IMG/VR virus record: IMGVR_UViG_3300020442_000006 | Coordinates: 96,001 to 160,000 of that record | Strand: one strand, 5' to 3' | Length of the DNA: 64,000 nt | Source: a virus | Shown: positions 9,951 through 19,142 of the stretch, in pieces | Numbering within the stretch: position 1 is the stretch's first letter | How the letters are laid out: the number at the start of each line of letters is the position of its first letter | Translations under genes and position numbers: made by a program | The notes under the pieces: model-generated | Databases searched by the model: none | What the model saw: the letters and a program-made list of their open reading frames with translations, nothing else | Told to the model about the DNA's origin: nothing

Positions 9951-10937
9951 ATGGCATACTTTAAGTTTTTCCCCAACGTATATGTAAGAAATAGGACGTT
10001 CCAAAACGGTAACCATCCTTATGAACTTACAAAAAACATCTTCCGTCGTATCAAGATCAAGGAGAAGGTCGTAGGTAAACTCCTAGGTTTTACTCAGTAT
10101 TCTATCAAGGAAGGTGAGCGTCCAGATATGGTTGCCAAGAAAGTGTATGGTGATTCTGGATTGGACTGGGTTGTGTTACTTTGCAACAACATCATCAATG
10201 TAAATGAAGAATGGCCAGTAACAAGAGATGAAATGTATGCTATATGTCAAGACAGGTTTGGTGATGTAGATTCAATCAGTCACTACGAAACTAGAGAGAT
10301 TAAAAATCTTGATGGTACTGTGGTTCTACCCGAAGGTATAGTTGTCAATGAAGATTATCAATACATCAAAAGTGATGGGACTGTAATGCCCAAGAGTGAA
10401 TCTCGTAGACCTATCAGTAACTTTGAGAAACTTGATGCAGAGAATGAATACAAACGTAACATACATCTCTTGCGTGGTGCATACATTGATGACTTTGTGA
10501 ATGAGTTCAGAAGACTTGCCAAGTATCTACCTAACGATGAAGTAGATGCTAAAGGCAATAAGAAAACCCCTACCACATTGGCAGAGGAGTTCATTGGTAT
10601 CACTAACTATAGAAAACCAAGTCAGAGCACAGCATCAACTGGTTCTGCACGTGGTGGTGGATCATCTACAGCACTCATCTCATCTGGTGGAGGAGTATCA
10701 GCAGTAACATCAGCAGTAGAGACAGAGGCAGACAACACACAAGCATCAACGTCCACGACATCCACATCGAGTGTGTCTTCTGGATCATACACTGGCACTC
10801 AGACTGGTAGTGGTGACACCTCAAGTAGTTCTAGTTCCTCTAGCAGTAGCAGCAGTTCCAGTTCTTCTAGCGGTAGTTCCAGTAGTGGAGGATCCAGTAG
10901 TTCTGGTGGAGGTTACGGTTACGGAGGAGGATATTAA
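9951..10937 (+). CDS. gp53: baseplate wedge gp53 with Ser/Gly-rich tail
   Basis: YFKFFPN, YSIKEGERPDMVA, DWVVLLCNNI, HYET; low-complexity C-terminus. Confidence 0.92.
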   Translation: MAYFKFFPNVYVRNRTFQNGNHPYELTKNIFRRIKIKEKVVGKLLGFTQYSIKEGERPDMVAKKVYGDSGLDWVVLLCNNIINVNEEWPVTRDEMYAICQDRFGDVDSISHYETREIKNLDGTVVLPEGIVVNEDYQYIKSDGTVMPKSESRRPISNFEKLDAENEYKRNIHLLRGAYIDDFVNEFRRLAKYLPNDEVDAKGNKKTPTTLAEEFIGITNYRKPSQSTASTGSARGGGSSTALISSGGGVSAVTSAVETEADNTQASTSTTSTSSVSSGSYTGTQTGSGDTSSSSSSSSSSSSSSSSSGSSSSGGSSSSGGGYGYGGGY

Positions 10938-11182
10938 TGCTGTACATCGAAGGTTGCCAGTCTCTTAAATTAGAGTGTGCCCTTCGGCAGTTAGGTTTTG
11001 TTGATATAGGTTGGAAGACAGTAGCACACGCAGGTATATTTTTCGTGCAACCAGTAGGAGTTCCTGACGTACCAGACGGAGACCTCCTAGGATTTCTTGT
11101 GACTATTCCATACGCAGAATGGCGGCGTCCTAAACTTAAGACGACCGCCAAACTTGCTTTAGATTATGCTCTACACGGTTAG
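10937..11182 (+). CDS. hypothetical protein
   Basis: 81-aa ORF overlapping the gp53 stop. Confidence 0.6.
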   Translation: MLYIEGCQSLKLECALRQLGFVDIGWKTVAHAGIFFVQPVGVPDVPDGDLLGFLVTIPYAEWRRPKLKTTAKLALDYALHG

Positions 11183-11475
11183 AAACACCAACCGTCTTTC
11201 TTGTAGAAATAACAGGGAACACCGTGTTCGTTGTACCGATTAGGTCTGAACACAGGGGGACGATAATAATCCCTGTGATAATGATGGTGATGATGATGCT
11301 CTCGCTTTGGTCTTACTGGTGAGTACCAACAGTTCCAAGTCTCGAACAGTTTATCATACACGCAATGTGATGGATGCACTTCAAATCCATCAGCAGTTTT
11401 AATACGAGGTTTGTGTGCTGCCACCGCAGGTGATGCGATGGTAAGTGCAAGGAGTGCGATGGCAAACTTTTTCAT
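11179..11475 (-). CDS. secreted His-rich small protein
   Basis: Signal peptide MKKFAIALLALTIASPAVA; HHHHHHYH tract; four Cys. Confidence 0.7.
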   Translation of the reverse strand: MKKFAIALLALTIASPAVAAHKPRIKTADGFEVHPSHCVYDKLFETWNCWYSPVRPKREHHHHHHYHRDYYRPPVFRPNRYNEHGVPCYFYKKDGWCF

Positions 11476-11482
11476 TGGTTCT

Positions 11483-12403
11483 TTACTCTTCTTCTGCTAG
11501 TTTAGCAAAGTATGAGAGAGTGTCGTCCTCGTCTGTGCCACTTGTTGAAGTGGACACCTGTTCTGTCCAAGCAGGAGCAGTAGGTGTGATGTCAGCAGCG
11601 TTGAATGAACCACGTCCTTCAGACTCATCCTCAAGTGACTCATCGATCTGCATAGCAGCAGTCTTAGGACCGAGCACAGACTTCAGACGAGCATCAAGTT
11701 CCTCGTAGGTCTTGAACTGATCTGGAGCAGTGAACGATGCAAGATCGTGAGTAGATGTGTAAATCTCTTCAAGTTTAGCATCATCAAAACTACCCAAGAC
11801 ATTAGGAGTAGTGAAAGAACTATCATCATAGTTCCAGTAACCTGCAACCTGCTTGATCTTCAACTTGAAGTCAGCACCCTTCCAAAGATCGAAAGGATTG
11901 AATGCGGGTTCTGGATCGTAGTCATTCTCATTGGGTTGCATCTTTGCCATAATCTTGTCAAAGATACGCTTGCCATACTTATACAGGAATACCTTACCTT
12001 CGTTCTCAGGATTCAATGGATCCTTAACAACGTAGATGTTGCTGTAGTACGACAACTTACGCTTTTGCTTACGTGCGATGTCTTTATCTGACTCGTTACC
12101 AGAGTTCCAAAGTGAAGAGTTGAGTGCAGAGACAGGATCCTTTTGACCAAGGGTTGTGAGAGAGTTCTCAATGTACCAACCACCAGGACCTTGGAATGCG
12201 TGACTCCAAACCTGTGCCCAAGGAAGGTCTGCTCCTTCAGACTCTGGGAGGAAACGGATTACTGCGAACCCATTACCTGATTTGTCCACCTGTGGTTTCC
12301 AGAAGCGTTCGTCTACCTTCTTTCCTCCACTGGACATTTTCTCAATTTCTTTAGTCAGGTTAGCGAATGAACCAGACTTCTTCTTAAGATCTGCAAATGC
12401 CAT
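11483..12403 (-). CDS. gp32: single-stranded DNA-binding protein gp32
   Basis: RFWKP, GFAVIRFLP, GWYIENSLTT, LFKYGK-like motif, acidic tail DDTLSYFAKLAEE. Confidence 0.97.
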   Translation of the reverse strand: MAFADLKKKSGSFANLTKEIEKMSSGGKKVDERFWKPQVDKSGNGFAVIRFLPESEGADLPWAQVWSHAFQGPGGWYIENSLTTLGQKDPVSALNSSLWNSGNESDKDIARKQKRKLSYYSNIYVVKDPLNPENEGKVFLYKYGKRIFDKIMAKMQPNENDYDPEPAFNPFDLWKGADFKLKIKQVAGYWNYDDSSFTTPNVLGSFDDAKLEEIYTSTHDLASFTAPDQFKTYEELDARLKSVLGPKTAAMQIDESLEDESEGRGSFNAADITPTAPAWTEQVSTSTSGTDEDDTLSYFAKLAEEE

Positions 12404-12461
12404 TTGATTAGTGTCGTTGTGTGTTGTGTGTTTGTACTACCCATACAGGGTAACGTACTAT

Positions 12462-12803
12462 TTAGTCGTTGTCAAGGTGCTTTCTTCGCATATCCCTGAG
12501 TTTTGTCTCCATATCATCAAGAACCTCGTTGATGTGCTTGCCTCCAGAATACATCTCTGAAAGCGTATCAATTTTGAACTTGATGGACCTTGCCTCCTCG
12601 TCTGTGTGGGACATCAGAGCAAGTCTAGCATAGAATACCTTTTGCTTGGCGATCAGTTCCAGAGTTCCCTCTAGATGCTGTCGTCTGCCTTCCTCATCGA
12701 GTTCAGCAAACTTTACTGACAGTTTTGCAAGTTCGAGATAGAGTTGCTCCATCTCTTGTACTTCGCCACGTACAACGTCCGATTCGTAGAATGGTTTCGT
12801 CAT
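12462..12803 (-). CDS. conserved cyanophage protein (DUF1825-like)
   Basis: FYESDVVRGE, LIAKQKVFYARLAL; conserved position between gp33 and gp32. Confidence 0.65.
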   Translation of the reverse strand: MTKPFYESDVVRGEVQEMEQLYLELAKLSVKFAELDEEGRRQHLEGTLELIAKQKVFYARLALMSHTDEEARSIKFKIDTLSEMYSGGKHINEVLDDMETKLRDMRRKHLDND

Positions 12804-13045
12804 ATTGGTAGGACTCCTCTGCTTGTGCGTTTAACGTAGTTTAATTCTTGGGCATTAAACTTAATCTTATCCTTCAGCGGTTTGCTGATGAGTTTGTTAA
12901 CAGTGTCCACCTCAATGTCAAGATCATCACAGACAACAATGACTGCATCAATATAGTTGACAAGACCGTTGCTGTTTTTGACAACCTCTTCCACAGCAGC
13001 AGAAAATTTCGCTTGTGTCATAAATTTGTCTTTGTATTCCTTCAT
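12800..13045 (-). CDS. gp33: late transcription coactivator gp33
   Basis: YIDAVIVVC, LISKPLKDKIK..AQELNY. Confidence 0.9.
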   Translation of the reverse strand: MKEYKDKFMTQAKFSAAVEEVVKNSNGLVNYIDAVIVVCDDLDIEVDTVNKLISKPLKDKIKFNAQELNYVKRTSRGVLPI

Positions 13046-13713
13046 TGTAGTTTTGACTGCATAAATTCGTTGATGTATTCAACAAGTAATTGGTAGTAAT
13101 AATCAAGATCAGTTTTCTGAATGACCTGCATAGATCCTTCTTCAGTGGCGATAAGAGTTACAATCTTATCAACCTTGACACCACACCGCTCGTAATACAT
13201 CACAGCGTATGCAGTTTCTTGAACAAAGTAGTTCTCAATCCAGTTTTCTTTCTTAGGTTTCGTAGAAGTTTTGAAATCAATGACTGCTAGTTCACCTTCA
13301 TACTCAGCGATGCAGTCTACTCGACCTGCAACACGGAGGTGATCACTGAACAAAGGACTTTCAAGAAGATGAATGTTGTCAATGTTCTTAAGAGTTTCCT
13401 TTGCTGTTCTGAATAAAAAGGATGCTAAAGGATTCTTATCGTCGAACTTGACAGTTTCATTCTTCAGATAACATTCTACCATACTATGAAACTTATTGCC
13501 ACGTGATGAAGCACGACCAGAGATCTTGTTTGCCTCTGCCTCTCCAACACGCTTTCTCCATTTCATAATCTTGTCCTTGGTCCGATGACTGGTGACAGTC
13601 GTCACGGAAGGATACCATTTGCCATCACCAACTTCATATAAACGAAGACCATTAGTTTTAGTAACAGCATTCATTTCAGTCAGTGGAACGGGAGGTCCCA
13701 CTAAGTTAAACAT
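13042..13713 (-). CDS. PD-(D/E)xK exonuclease (Cas4-like fold)
   Basis: YPSVTTV, RGNKFH, AGRVDCIAEYEGELAVIDFKTS, YFVQ. Confidence 0.9.
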   Translation of the reverse strand: MFNLVGPPVPLTEMNAVTKTNGLRLYEVGDGKWYPSVTTVTSHRTKDKIMKWRKRVGEAEANKISGRASSRGNKFHSMVECYLKNETVKFDDKNPLASFLFRTAKETLKNIDNIHLLESPLFSDHLRVAGRVDCIAEYEGELAVIDFKTSTKPKKENWIENYFVQETAYAVMYYERCGVKVDKIVTLIATEEGSMQVIQKTDLDYYYQLLVEYINEFMQSKLQ

Positions 13714-13715
13714 AA

Positions 13716-14468
13716 TTAGAAACCAAGATTAATTTTGCTGATCAGATACTCTCGTACCAGACCAGAGCGAACGATGTCTTCAATACCAAACTCTACACAA
13801 TCAAACGAACTCATAGTCTGAATGATCTTCATAAAATCTAGAACACCGTTCTTCTCATTTGTTTTGATGAGGTCAGACTGTGTGTAGTCACCTGCGAAGA
13901 TGATCTTACAGTTCTCTCCCACCCTTGTAATTATACTATCTAATTCGTGAAAGTTCAAGTTACTAAACTCATCAACGATGACAATACAATTATCCATCGT
14001 GACACCACGGATGAATGAGGTTGACCAGAATGAAATAGTTTCCTGTGCTCTAAGATTATCGTAAAGCATTTCGAATGCAGCATCGTCTGGCATTTCGAAC
14101 ATATACTTCACCATATTCTTGTAAGGAATCTGGTATAGGTTTGACTTGTCCTCGTGATCACCTGGAAGGAAACCAATCTCCCTCGTAGGTACCAGAGAAC
14201 GCACCATATAAACCTTCTCATAATTATTATCAGGTTCAAGCACTTGTTTCAGTGCCATATACAGACTGATAAATGTTTTACCAGTACCTGCTGCACCGTG
14301 TAGACACAAGTTCTTACCTTCACCATAAGACTTGAACACTCTCTCCTGATTAGGAGTGATAGGTTCAATGGTTTTTAGATGTTCAAGATTGATAGGTTTC
14401 TTTCTTCGCATCTGTTTCGCTGAACGTGAAAATGATGATGAGGGTGTCTTCCTTTTCCTTTGTGGCAT
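13716..14468 (-). CDS. phoH: PhoH family ATPase
   Basis: GAAGTGKT, REIGFLPG, IVDEFSN, AGDYTQSD, DIVRSGLV. Confidence 0.96.
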   Translation of the reverse strand: MPQRKRKTPSSSFSRSAKQMRRKKPINLEHLKTIEPITPNQERVFKSYGEGKNLCLHGAAGTGKTFISLYMALKQVLEPDNNYEKVYMVRSLVPTREIGFLPGDHEDKSNLYQIPYKNMVKYMFEMPDDAAFEMLYDNLRAQETISFWSTSFIRGVTMDNCIVIVDEFSNLNFHELDSIITRVGENCKIIFAGDYTQSDLIKTNEKNGVLDFMKIIQTMSSFDCVEFGIEDIVRSGLVREYLISKINLGF

Positions 14469-14471
14469 AGT

Positions 14472-14702
14472 TTAAGTAAAGCGACTGAGGTTCGCTGCAG
14501 GGTGATTCTTTTGAATCTTTTGCATCACGTTTTTGAATCCTTCGGACTGTTTAGGTTTACCGTAAATAGTTCCGTTGGTTTGGTTGCCCAAGTATCTTTC
14601 CAACTCGGGATGTTCTTCTTTGTATTTATCGAGATCAGCGATCTTCATAAAGTTGGTCGTGATCTCTCCAGTCTCTTTGTTAATCCATTCGTAGGTTGGC
14701 AT
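14472..14702 (-). CDS. FmdB-like small protein (no Cys ligands)
   Basis: MPTYE start and GFKNVMQKI, next to phoH as in T4-like marine phages. Confidence 0.6.
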   Translation of the reverse strand: MPTYEWINKETGEITTNFMKIADLDKYKEEHPELERYLGNQTNGTIYGKPKQSEGFKNVMQKIQKNHPAANLSRFT

Positions 14703-15302
14703 TTATCTGAGGTCCAAAGATTTTGTGTGAATACCGAACAATCCTCTGATAAAAATATTAAAAGAGAGACTCATTCGTGGGGTAAGATTTGTACCCTGTG
14801 GTACATAGTGTACTAGATGTGAGGGAAAAATACAAATCATCCCTTGTTGAGGGGTAACTTTATATAGGGAACTATTGTACATATTCCATCCCTCAATGTC
14901 TGGTTCGATCATCTTGTACTGATTCTTATTGAAGATCAATTCGGATGATCCCACAGGTGCTGTAAGGAATATGACACCACTGTACATACTATTAGTATGG
15001 TCGTGGGAGTCCGCTGCTTCACCATCATTCAGTTTACTGATCCAAGAATTAGTAACTTGGATGTCGTGCTTCTGACTGATACCTTGAACAGCATACACAT
15101 ACTGTTTGATGTGGTGGTTTGTCCATTCGACAAACTCTTTAGGCATTCTAGCAAGAACGTTAGGGTATTGCGTCAGTGCTCCACCACTAGGTACGCTTTC
15201 GAATGAAAAACCTGACACTACTTCAGTAACGTCAGGCATCTTACCATCATTATCAATGTAAAGAGGAGATGAAAACAATGGAATAACTTCCATCGTCATC
15301 AA
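14703..15302 (-). CDS. 2OG-Fe(II) oxygenase (TIGR02466-like)
   Basis: HDH...YSGVIFL...IFPSHLVHYV...RMSLSFN. Confidence 0.88.
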   Translation of the reverse strand: MMTMEVIPLFSSPLYIDNDGKMPDVTEVVSGFSFESVPSGGALTQYPNVLARMPKEFVEWTNHHIKQYVYAVQGISQKHDIQVTNSWISKLNDGEAADSHDHTNSMYSGVIFLTAPVGSSELIFNKNQYKMIEPDIEGWNMYNSSLYKVTPQQGMICIFPSHLVHYVPQGTNLTPRMSLSFNIFIRGLFGIHTKSLDLR

Positions 15303-16021
15303 TCAATCCTCAAGCAAGGTTGTAGATCATCCCAATCCTCAGGACAACCACAGTCTTCATCTGGACACCAGTCAAGTGCACTAGAAATGATAGGGAACTG
15401 ACAGATGAAGTGTGTCTTCACGATGTCAGCGATACGTTTGTGCTCTAGTTGCGTACCGTTCTTCTCACGCAACTGAATATAATGAATCCAGTTACGAAGA
15501 TTACCTGTCATATAAAGTTTGGTTGGTGTGGCGAGTGGAAGCACAAATCTTGCACACTCTTTTGCGATCCCATCCTCTACCATTTTCTTGTAGAGATCCA
15601 TCGCTTCATCAAAATGTTTTGCAACTAGAATCTCATAACGTTGCTTAGTATATTCATCAACGTCATCGATACTGTTCTGTCTGTTCTTTGTATCTTGTCT
15701 GCGTAGATCAAACATAGGAATTTTATTGTCCAACTGTGATGCATCAGCATACCGTTGGGAAAACTCTTGGAATGTGAATGACCTGTGTCTCAAGATCTGA
15801 GCAGCGATTGCTCTAGTCGTACTGATTTCCAGAGTCATACTTGCCTGCTCAAACACAGACCAGTGACCGTGCTTAATACAATACTTAAGGAGTCCTGATA
15901 CGTTAGGGTTCTCCTGATTCTTGGGGTTGCTTACGCGAGCGATGTATCCGATAGTCTTCTCAGCGTCAGGTGTGACAGAGACTAGGCATACCTTGGTGGT
16001 GTCAGTCGGCATTAGTAACAA
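15299..16021 (-). CDS. thyX: FAD-dependent thymidylate synthase
   Basis: HWSVFEQ, QILRHRSFTFQEFSQRY, ECARFVLP, GTQLEH. Confidence 0.97.
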   Translation of the reverse strand: MLLMPTDTTKVCLVSVTPDAEKTIGYIARVSNPKNQENPNVSGLLKYCIKHGHWSVFEQASMTLEISTTRAIAAQILRHRSFTFQEFSQRYADASQLDNKIPMFDLRRQDTKNRQNSIDDVDEYTKQRYEILVAKHFDEAMDLYKKMVEDGIAKECARFVLPLATPTKLYMTGNLRNWIHYIQLREKNGTQLEHKRIADIVKTHFICQFPIISSALDWCPDEDCGCPEDWDDLQPCLRID

Positions 16022-16268
16022 ATCTGATAATTACAATCATACAAAATGCGTGGAGATAGTTCAGTGTCTTTAGACCAAAGAGGTAAGGCATTAAACCATT
16101 CCAACATACCATCAGAAGTAGCGGTCCGAGAAGGAAAACTCCAATGAACTTTCCAACTTGCTCGGGTGTGACTTCGTATTCTGGTTTCTTGATCTCATCA
16201 GGAGCATCTTTCTGCCCCCTCATATAGATCATTTTTTCTTTCCAGGTTTCTCTGGGTTTGGATTCCAT
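16002..16268 (-). CDS. hypothetical membrane protein
   Basis: Hydrophobic C-terminal half, WNGLMPYLFGL. Confidence 0.6.
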   Translation of the reverse strand: MESKPRETWKEKMIYMRGQKDAPDEIKKPEYEVTPEQVGKFIGVFLLGPLLLMVCWNGLMPYLFGLKTLNYLHAFCMIVIIRFVTNAD

Positions 16269-16483
16269 AATTTAGGTGAGATTCTTCCTTGTGTTTGTTC
16301 AAATCCTTTGAACTTCTTCTTGTACTTGTCGTAGTAATGATCAAAGATTTTGACCTGTACTCCCATCACTATATCATACTTTGGTTGATCCTTCTCGTCA
16401 AGATAATTAACAAGATAGGCATTGTTAGGAAGGTCGCGATTGTTCGCGTCCTCAGGACGTGCATTCTCTTTAATCATTTTCAT
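16229..16483 (-). CDS. conserved hypothetical protein
   Basis: DLPNNAYLV, IFDHYYD, GRISPKLW; operon packing. Confidence 0.65.
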   Translation of the reverse strand: MKMIKENARPEDANNRDLPNNAYLVNYLDEKDQPKYDIVMGVQVKIFDHYYDKYKKKFKGFEQTQGRISPKLWNPNPEKPGKKK

Positions 16484-16929
16484 CAGGCAGAACCCCGATT
16501 ACCCCAGTTGATTGATGGGAACGCTTCACTTACAACGTTCTTTGTGATGCGAAACTTCTTGTGCAGTTTCTTATCCTTTACAAGACAGAGGATCTTCGCT
16601 TCATCTGCGTGCAATCCTTCGCACATTTGGATGAACATATTCTCTCGTTGCATACGAGGTACATTCTCAGCACCACCCTTGATGAAGTAATAGAACTTAC
16701 GTCCTTCCTTCTCTAGAAGAGTATGCTCTGTGCCTTGAGGTGCATCGTTAGGTGTGTAAGGTACTTCACCCTCGGGTACAACAGACTGTACAGTCTCATC
16801 AAAGTTCCAGATGAACAGAGACCTGAGTGCCTGTGAATTATTTTCTTGAAGGATTTTCACCTTCTCTGCTTTTGTCTTAGCGTTGTGCGCTTTCTGCAGA
16901 ATTTCTGAGATCATAAGTTTGAATGCCAT
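16483..16929 (-). CDS. conserved T4-like hypothetical protein
   Basis: LMISEILQK, RENMFIQMCEGLH..EA; directly downstream of rnh. Confidence 0.75.
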   Translation of the reverse strand: MAFKLMISEILQKAHNAKTKAEKVKILQENNSQALRSLFIWNFDETVQSVVPEGEVPYTPNDAPQGTEHTLLEKEGRKFYYFIKGGAENVPRMQRENMFIQMCEGLHADEAKILCLVKDKKLHKKFRITKNVVSEAFPSINWGNRGSA

Positions 16930-16931
16930 AG

Positions 16932-17801
16932 TTAAAAGTCTCCGATCTGTTGGAGCAAATCATTTAGTTCGTTGTCTACAAGATACTTCCACACGTACTT
17001 ACGTGCAGGAGGATTAAAACTCTCATAGTTATCTATAATCTTTTCTTCAACCTCTTTTGGGATACAAGAAAAGTCTATCAGAGTTTTGTTCCTTTCGTAG
17101 TTTGCTTTGTTTTCCTCAGGGATGTAGTCCACGTTCTGTGCCCAGACATCTATCTTCTTACGTGCCAGAGGGCGCTGTCTGCGTCCTTCTGTGAGGCAGG
17201 AGTCATCTGATAGGACGTTGGGGATTCCGTCGCTTCTATCGCCTTTGAGGATGTGCTCAGAGATGTAGATGTGAGGGTCTACACCGTTCACATACTTCTT
17301 GAGGCAGGGATTGTACTGGGTGACAAATCTAAAGCGTTGAAGTTGGATGAAGTCTTTATCTCCAGAGAGAATCAAGACCTTCTGAGCAGGTTGCATATTG
17401 TTTTGCAGTCGTATGTTCTTCAGACCTTGGTCCTTAACAAGAACTGCGATGATGTCATCTGCTTCAGCACCATCAACTTCGACAACTTTATATGGAAGTG
17501 ACTCTCTGAACTCATCCTTAAGTTTATTAAGGAGGTCAAAGATGTTGTTCCAGTTGTGCTTGGACTTCTCTCGATCCTTCTTCCTCGTACCTTTATAGTA
17601 AGGAAAGTATTCACGTCGCCAGTAATGTTTACTGTCATAACAAAGGACTAATTCACCGTACTCTTTCCGAAACTCGTGGCGATAATTTCGCAGTGAGTTA
17701 AGGATCATATGGCGAACCAGTCCTTCCTGTAGTTCTTCAGATTGTGTCAAACTAACCATCAGGTTAGCGATCATTACCTGATTCATATCGACCAGGATCA
17801 T
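16932..17801 (-). CDS. rnh: RNase H / 5'-3' exonuclease
   Basis: MILVD, WRREYFPYYK, EADDII, SGDKDFIQL, GDRSDGIPN. Confidence 0.96.
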   Translation of the reverse strand: MILVDMNQVMIANLMVSLTQSEELQEGLVRHMILNSLRNYRHEFRKEYGELVLCYDSKHYWRREYFPYYKGTRKKDREKSKHNWNNIFDLLNKLKDEFRESLPYKVVEVDGAEADDIIAVLVKDQGLKNIRLQNNMQPAQKVLILSGDKDFIQLQRFRFVTQYNPCLKKYVNGVDPHIYISEHILKGDRSDGIPNVLSDDSCLTEGRRQRPLARKKIDVWAQNVDYIPEENKANYERNKTLIDFSCIPKEVEEKIIDNYESFNPPARKYVWKYLVDNELNDLLQQIGDF

Positions 17802-17804
17802 AAC

Positions 17805-18047
17805 TCAGTCGTCATCTTCAGCGTCTAGTGTATCATCATTGTCCGTGAATCGCAAGTAAAGTAGTTCTGATTGATCTACATTACCATCTTCATCTAGCAT
17901 CTCAGGATGCACAATGGACTTTGCGTATGCTGCATTGTCAATGTATGCATCAACGTAGTCTTTCGCTGTCCAAGTTACCAGTCCTCCAATGAGGAATGCT
18001 CCTATGATTGCGAAGACATATAATGCTGTGACCATCGGTCTCTCCAA
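17805..18047 (-). CDS. small membrane protein (DUF2973-like)
   Basis: N-terminal TM then HPEMLDEDG. Confidence 0.6.
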   Translation of the reverse strand: MERPMVTALYVFAIIGAFLIGGLVTWTAKDYVDAYIDNAAYAKSIVHPEMLDEDGNVDQSELLYLRFTDNDDTLDAEDDD

Positions 18048-18098
18048 GTAAGGTGAACAAAGGGTGCAAGATAGAGACCTCCTATAACTCTGATTTAT

Positions 18099-18341
18099 TT
18101 ATAGAAGACCTTGGGATCTAAACTGTGTGATGGTTTCATTGCATCCACCAGTCCTTTTCCCATCTACGATTAGTTGTGGGAATGTAGCAGAGCGACCAAA
18201 CTCTTCCCAGAATTGTGGACGTGTGAAGTTCACATCAAGTTTCTGTTCTTGGAACTTCCATCCCTTCATCTCGTAGAGTTTTTTAATTTTAACACAGAAG
18301 GGACAACCTTCACGAGTGTAGATAATAGTGTTGCTTGGCAT
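18099..18341 (-). CDS. nrdC: glutaredoxin
   Basis: CPFC, TFPQ, GGC. Confidence 0.95.
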   Translation of the reverse strand: MPSNTIIYTREGCPFCVKIKKLYEMKGWKFQEQKLDVNFTRPQFWEEFGRSATFPQLIVDGKRTGGCNETITQFRSQGLL

Positions 18342-18356
18342 CAGTCTTCAGAGAAT

Positions 18357-18380
18357 AAAAAAGGGAGCGAGTGCTCCCTA
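18357..18380 (-). terminator. rho-independent terminator
   Basis: GGGAGC-ACTC-GCTCCC followed by a T-run on the minus strand. Confidence 0.75.
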
Positions 18381-18403
18381 GTATCTATTATAGTACGAAA
18401 CAA

Positions 18404-18772
18404 TTAGAATGCGTACTTAACTCCGAGTTTACCACCAAATGAGGTGTCCTTAACATCGTCTGTCAAGAAAGAAACTTCACCATATACTCCAACTGCCTCA
18501 GAAACAGCAACACCAAGTCCGCCCTTACCAGAGAACTCAGTCTTACCGTCAGCACCGTCAACAGAAATCAAACTTGGACCTGCCTGCACGTAGTATGAAG
18601 CAGCGCCAGTAGTACCCTCGTAACCCACGTGAAGATCTGTGGTTGCACCAGTGTAGTCAGATCCCGTCCAACCCGCATTGGTTTCTACGTTGACGTAGGG
18701 TCCTGCAATGGATGCAGATGGGGCAGCAATAGCGGTTGCTGCAGCAAGAGCAGCGAATGCAGTTTTAATCAT
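18404..18772 (-). CDS. outer-membrane beta-barrel-like secreted protein
   Basis: Start reassigned to MIKTAFAA (AAGGAG SD); signal peptide, alternating beta strands, terminal aromatic GVKYAF. Confidence 0.75.
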   Translation of the reverse strand: MIKTAFAALAAATAIAAPSASIAGPYVNVETNAGWTGSDYTGATTDLHVGYEGTTGAASYYVQAGPSLISVDGADGKTEFSGKGGLGVAVSEAVGVYGEVSFLTDDVKDTSFGGKLGVKYAF

Positions 18773-18869
18773 TGAAATTTTACTCCTTAAAATAGAAATG
18801 GACAATTCGTGTTTACGATGCGCTTCGAGCACGAATGGTTATTTATACACAAAATGTTTCATTGTGTAA

Positions 18870-18954
18870 CGGAAAAGGTGGGATTCGAACCCACGGACGC
18901 TCTCACGTCGTCGGTTTTCAAGACCGATGCCATCAACCACTCGACCACTTTTCC
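18870..18954 (-). tRNA. tRNA-Ser(UGA)
   Basis: GGAAAAG acceptor, TCGGT-CTTGAAA-ACCGA anticodon arm, long variable arm, GTTCGAATCC; no encoded CCA. Confidence 0.93.
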
Positions 18955-19142
18955 TTGTATTTGAAAACGCCAGAGCGATCATACACCAAACGATAGTTAT
19001 CTGTCAACACATAGTGACCAGTAATATCAGAACCGTCACAGTGATACCCATACGAAATGACTGACTCGTAAACACCATCAATGCAGAACTTCTTTTCCTT
19101 GTCAGCAAGGTAGGAGTGATAGTATTCATCGAGGTTTATCAT
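18933..19142 (-). CDS. hypothetical protein
   Basis: MINLDEYY...; stop codon falls inside tRNA-Ser. Confidence 0.55.
   Translation of the reverse strand: MINLDEYYHSYLADKEKKFCIDGVYESVISYGYHCDGSDITGHYVLTDNYRLVYDRSGVFKYKEKWSSG

Noticed and set aside
12420-12450. T4-like pseudoknot in the gp32 leader (TGTA/TACA)
   Set aside because: Only a 1-nt connector, too short for an H-type pseudoknot; treated as a simple hairpin
13042-13713. Cas4-like nuclease suggesting CRISPR
   Set aside because: No repeat-spacer array or other cas genes anywhere in the window; this is the usual T4-like marine phage exonuclease beside phoH
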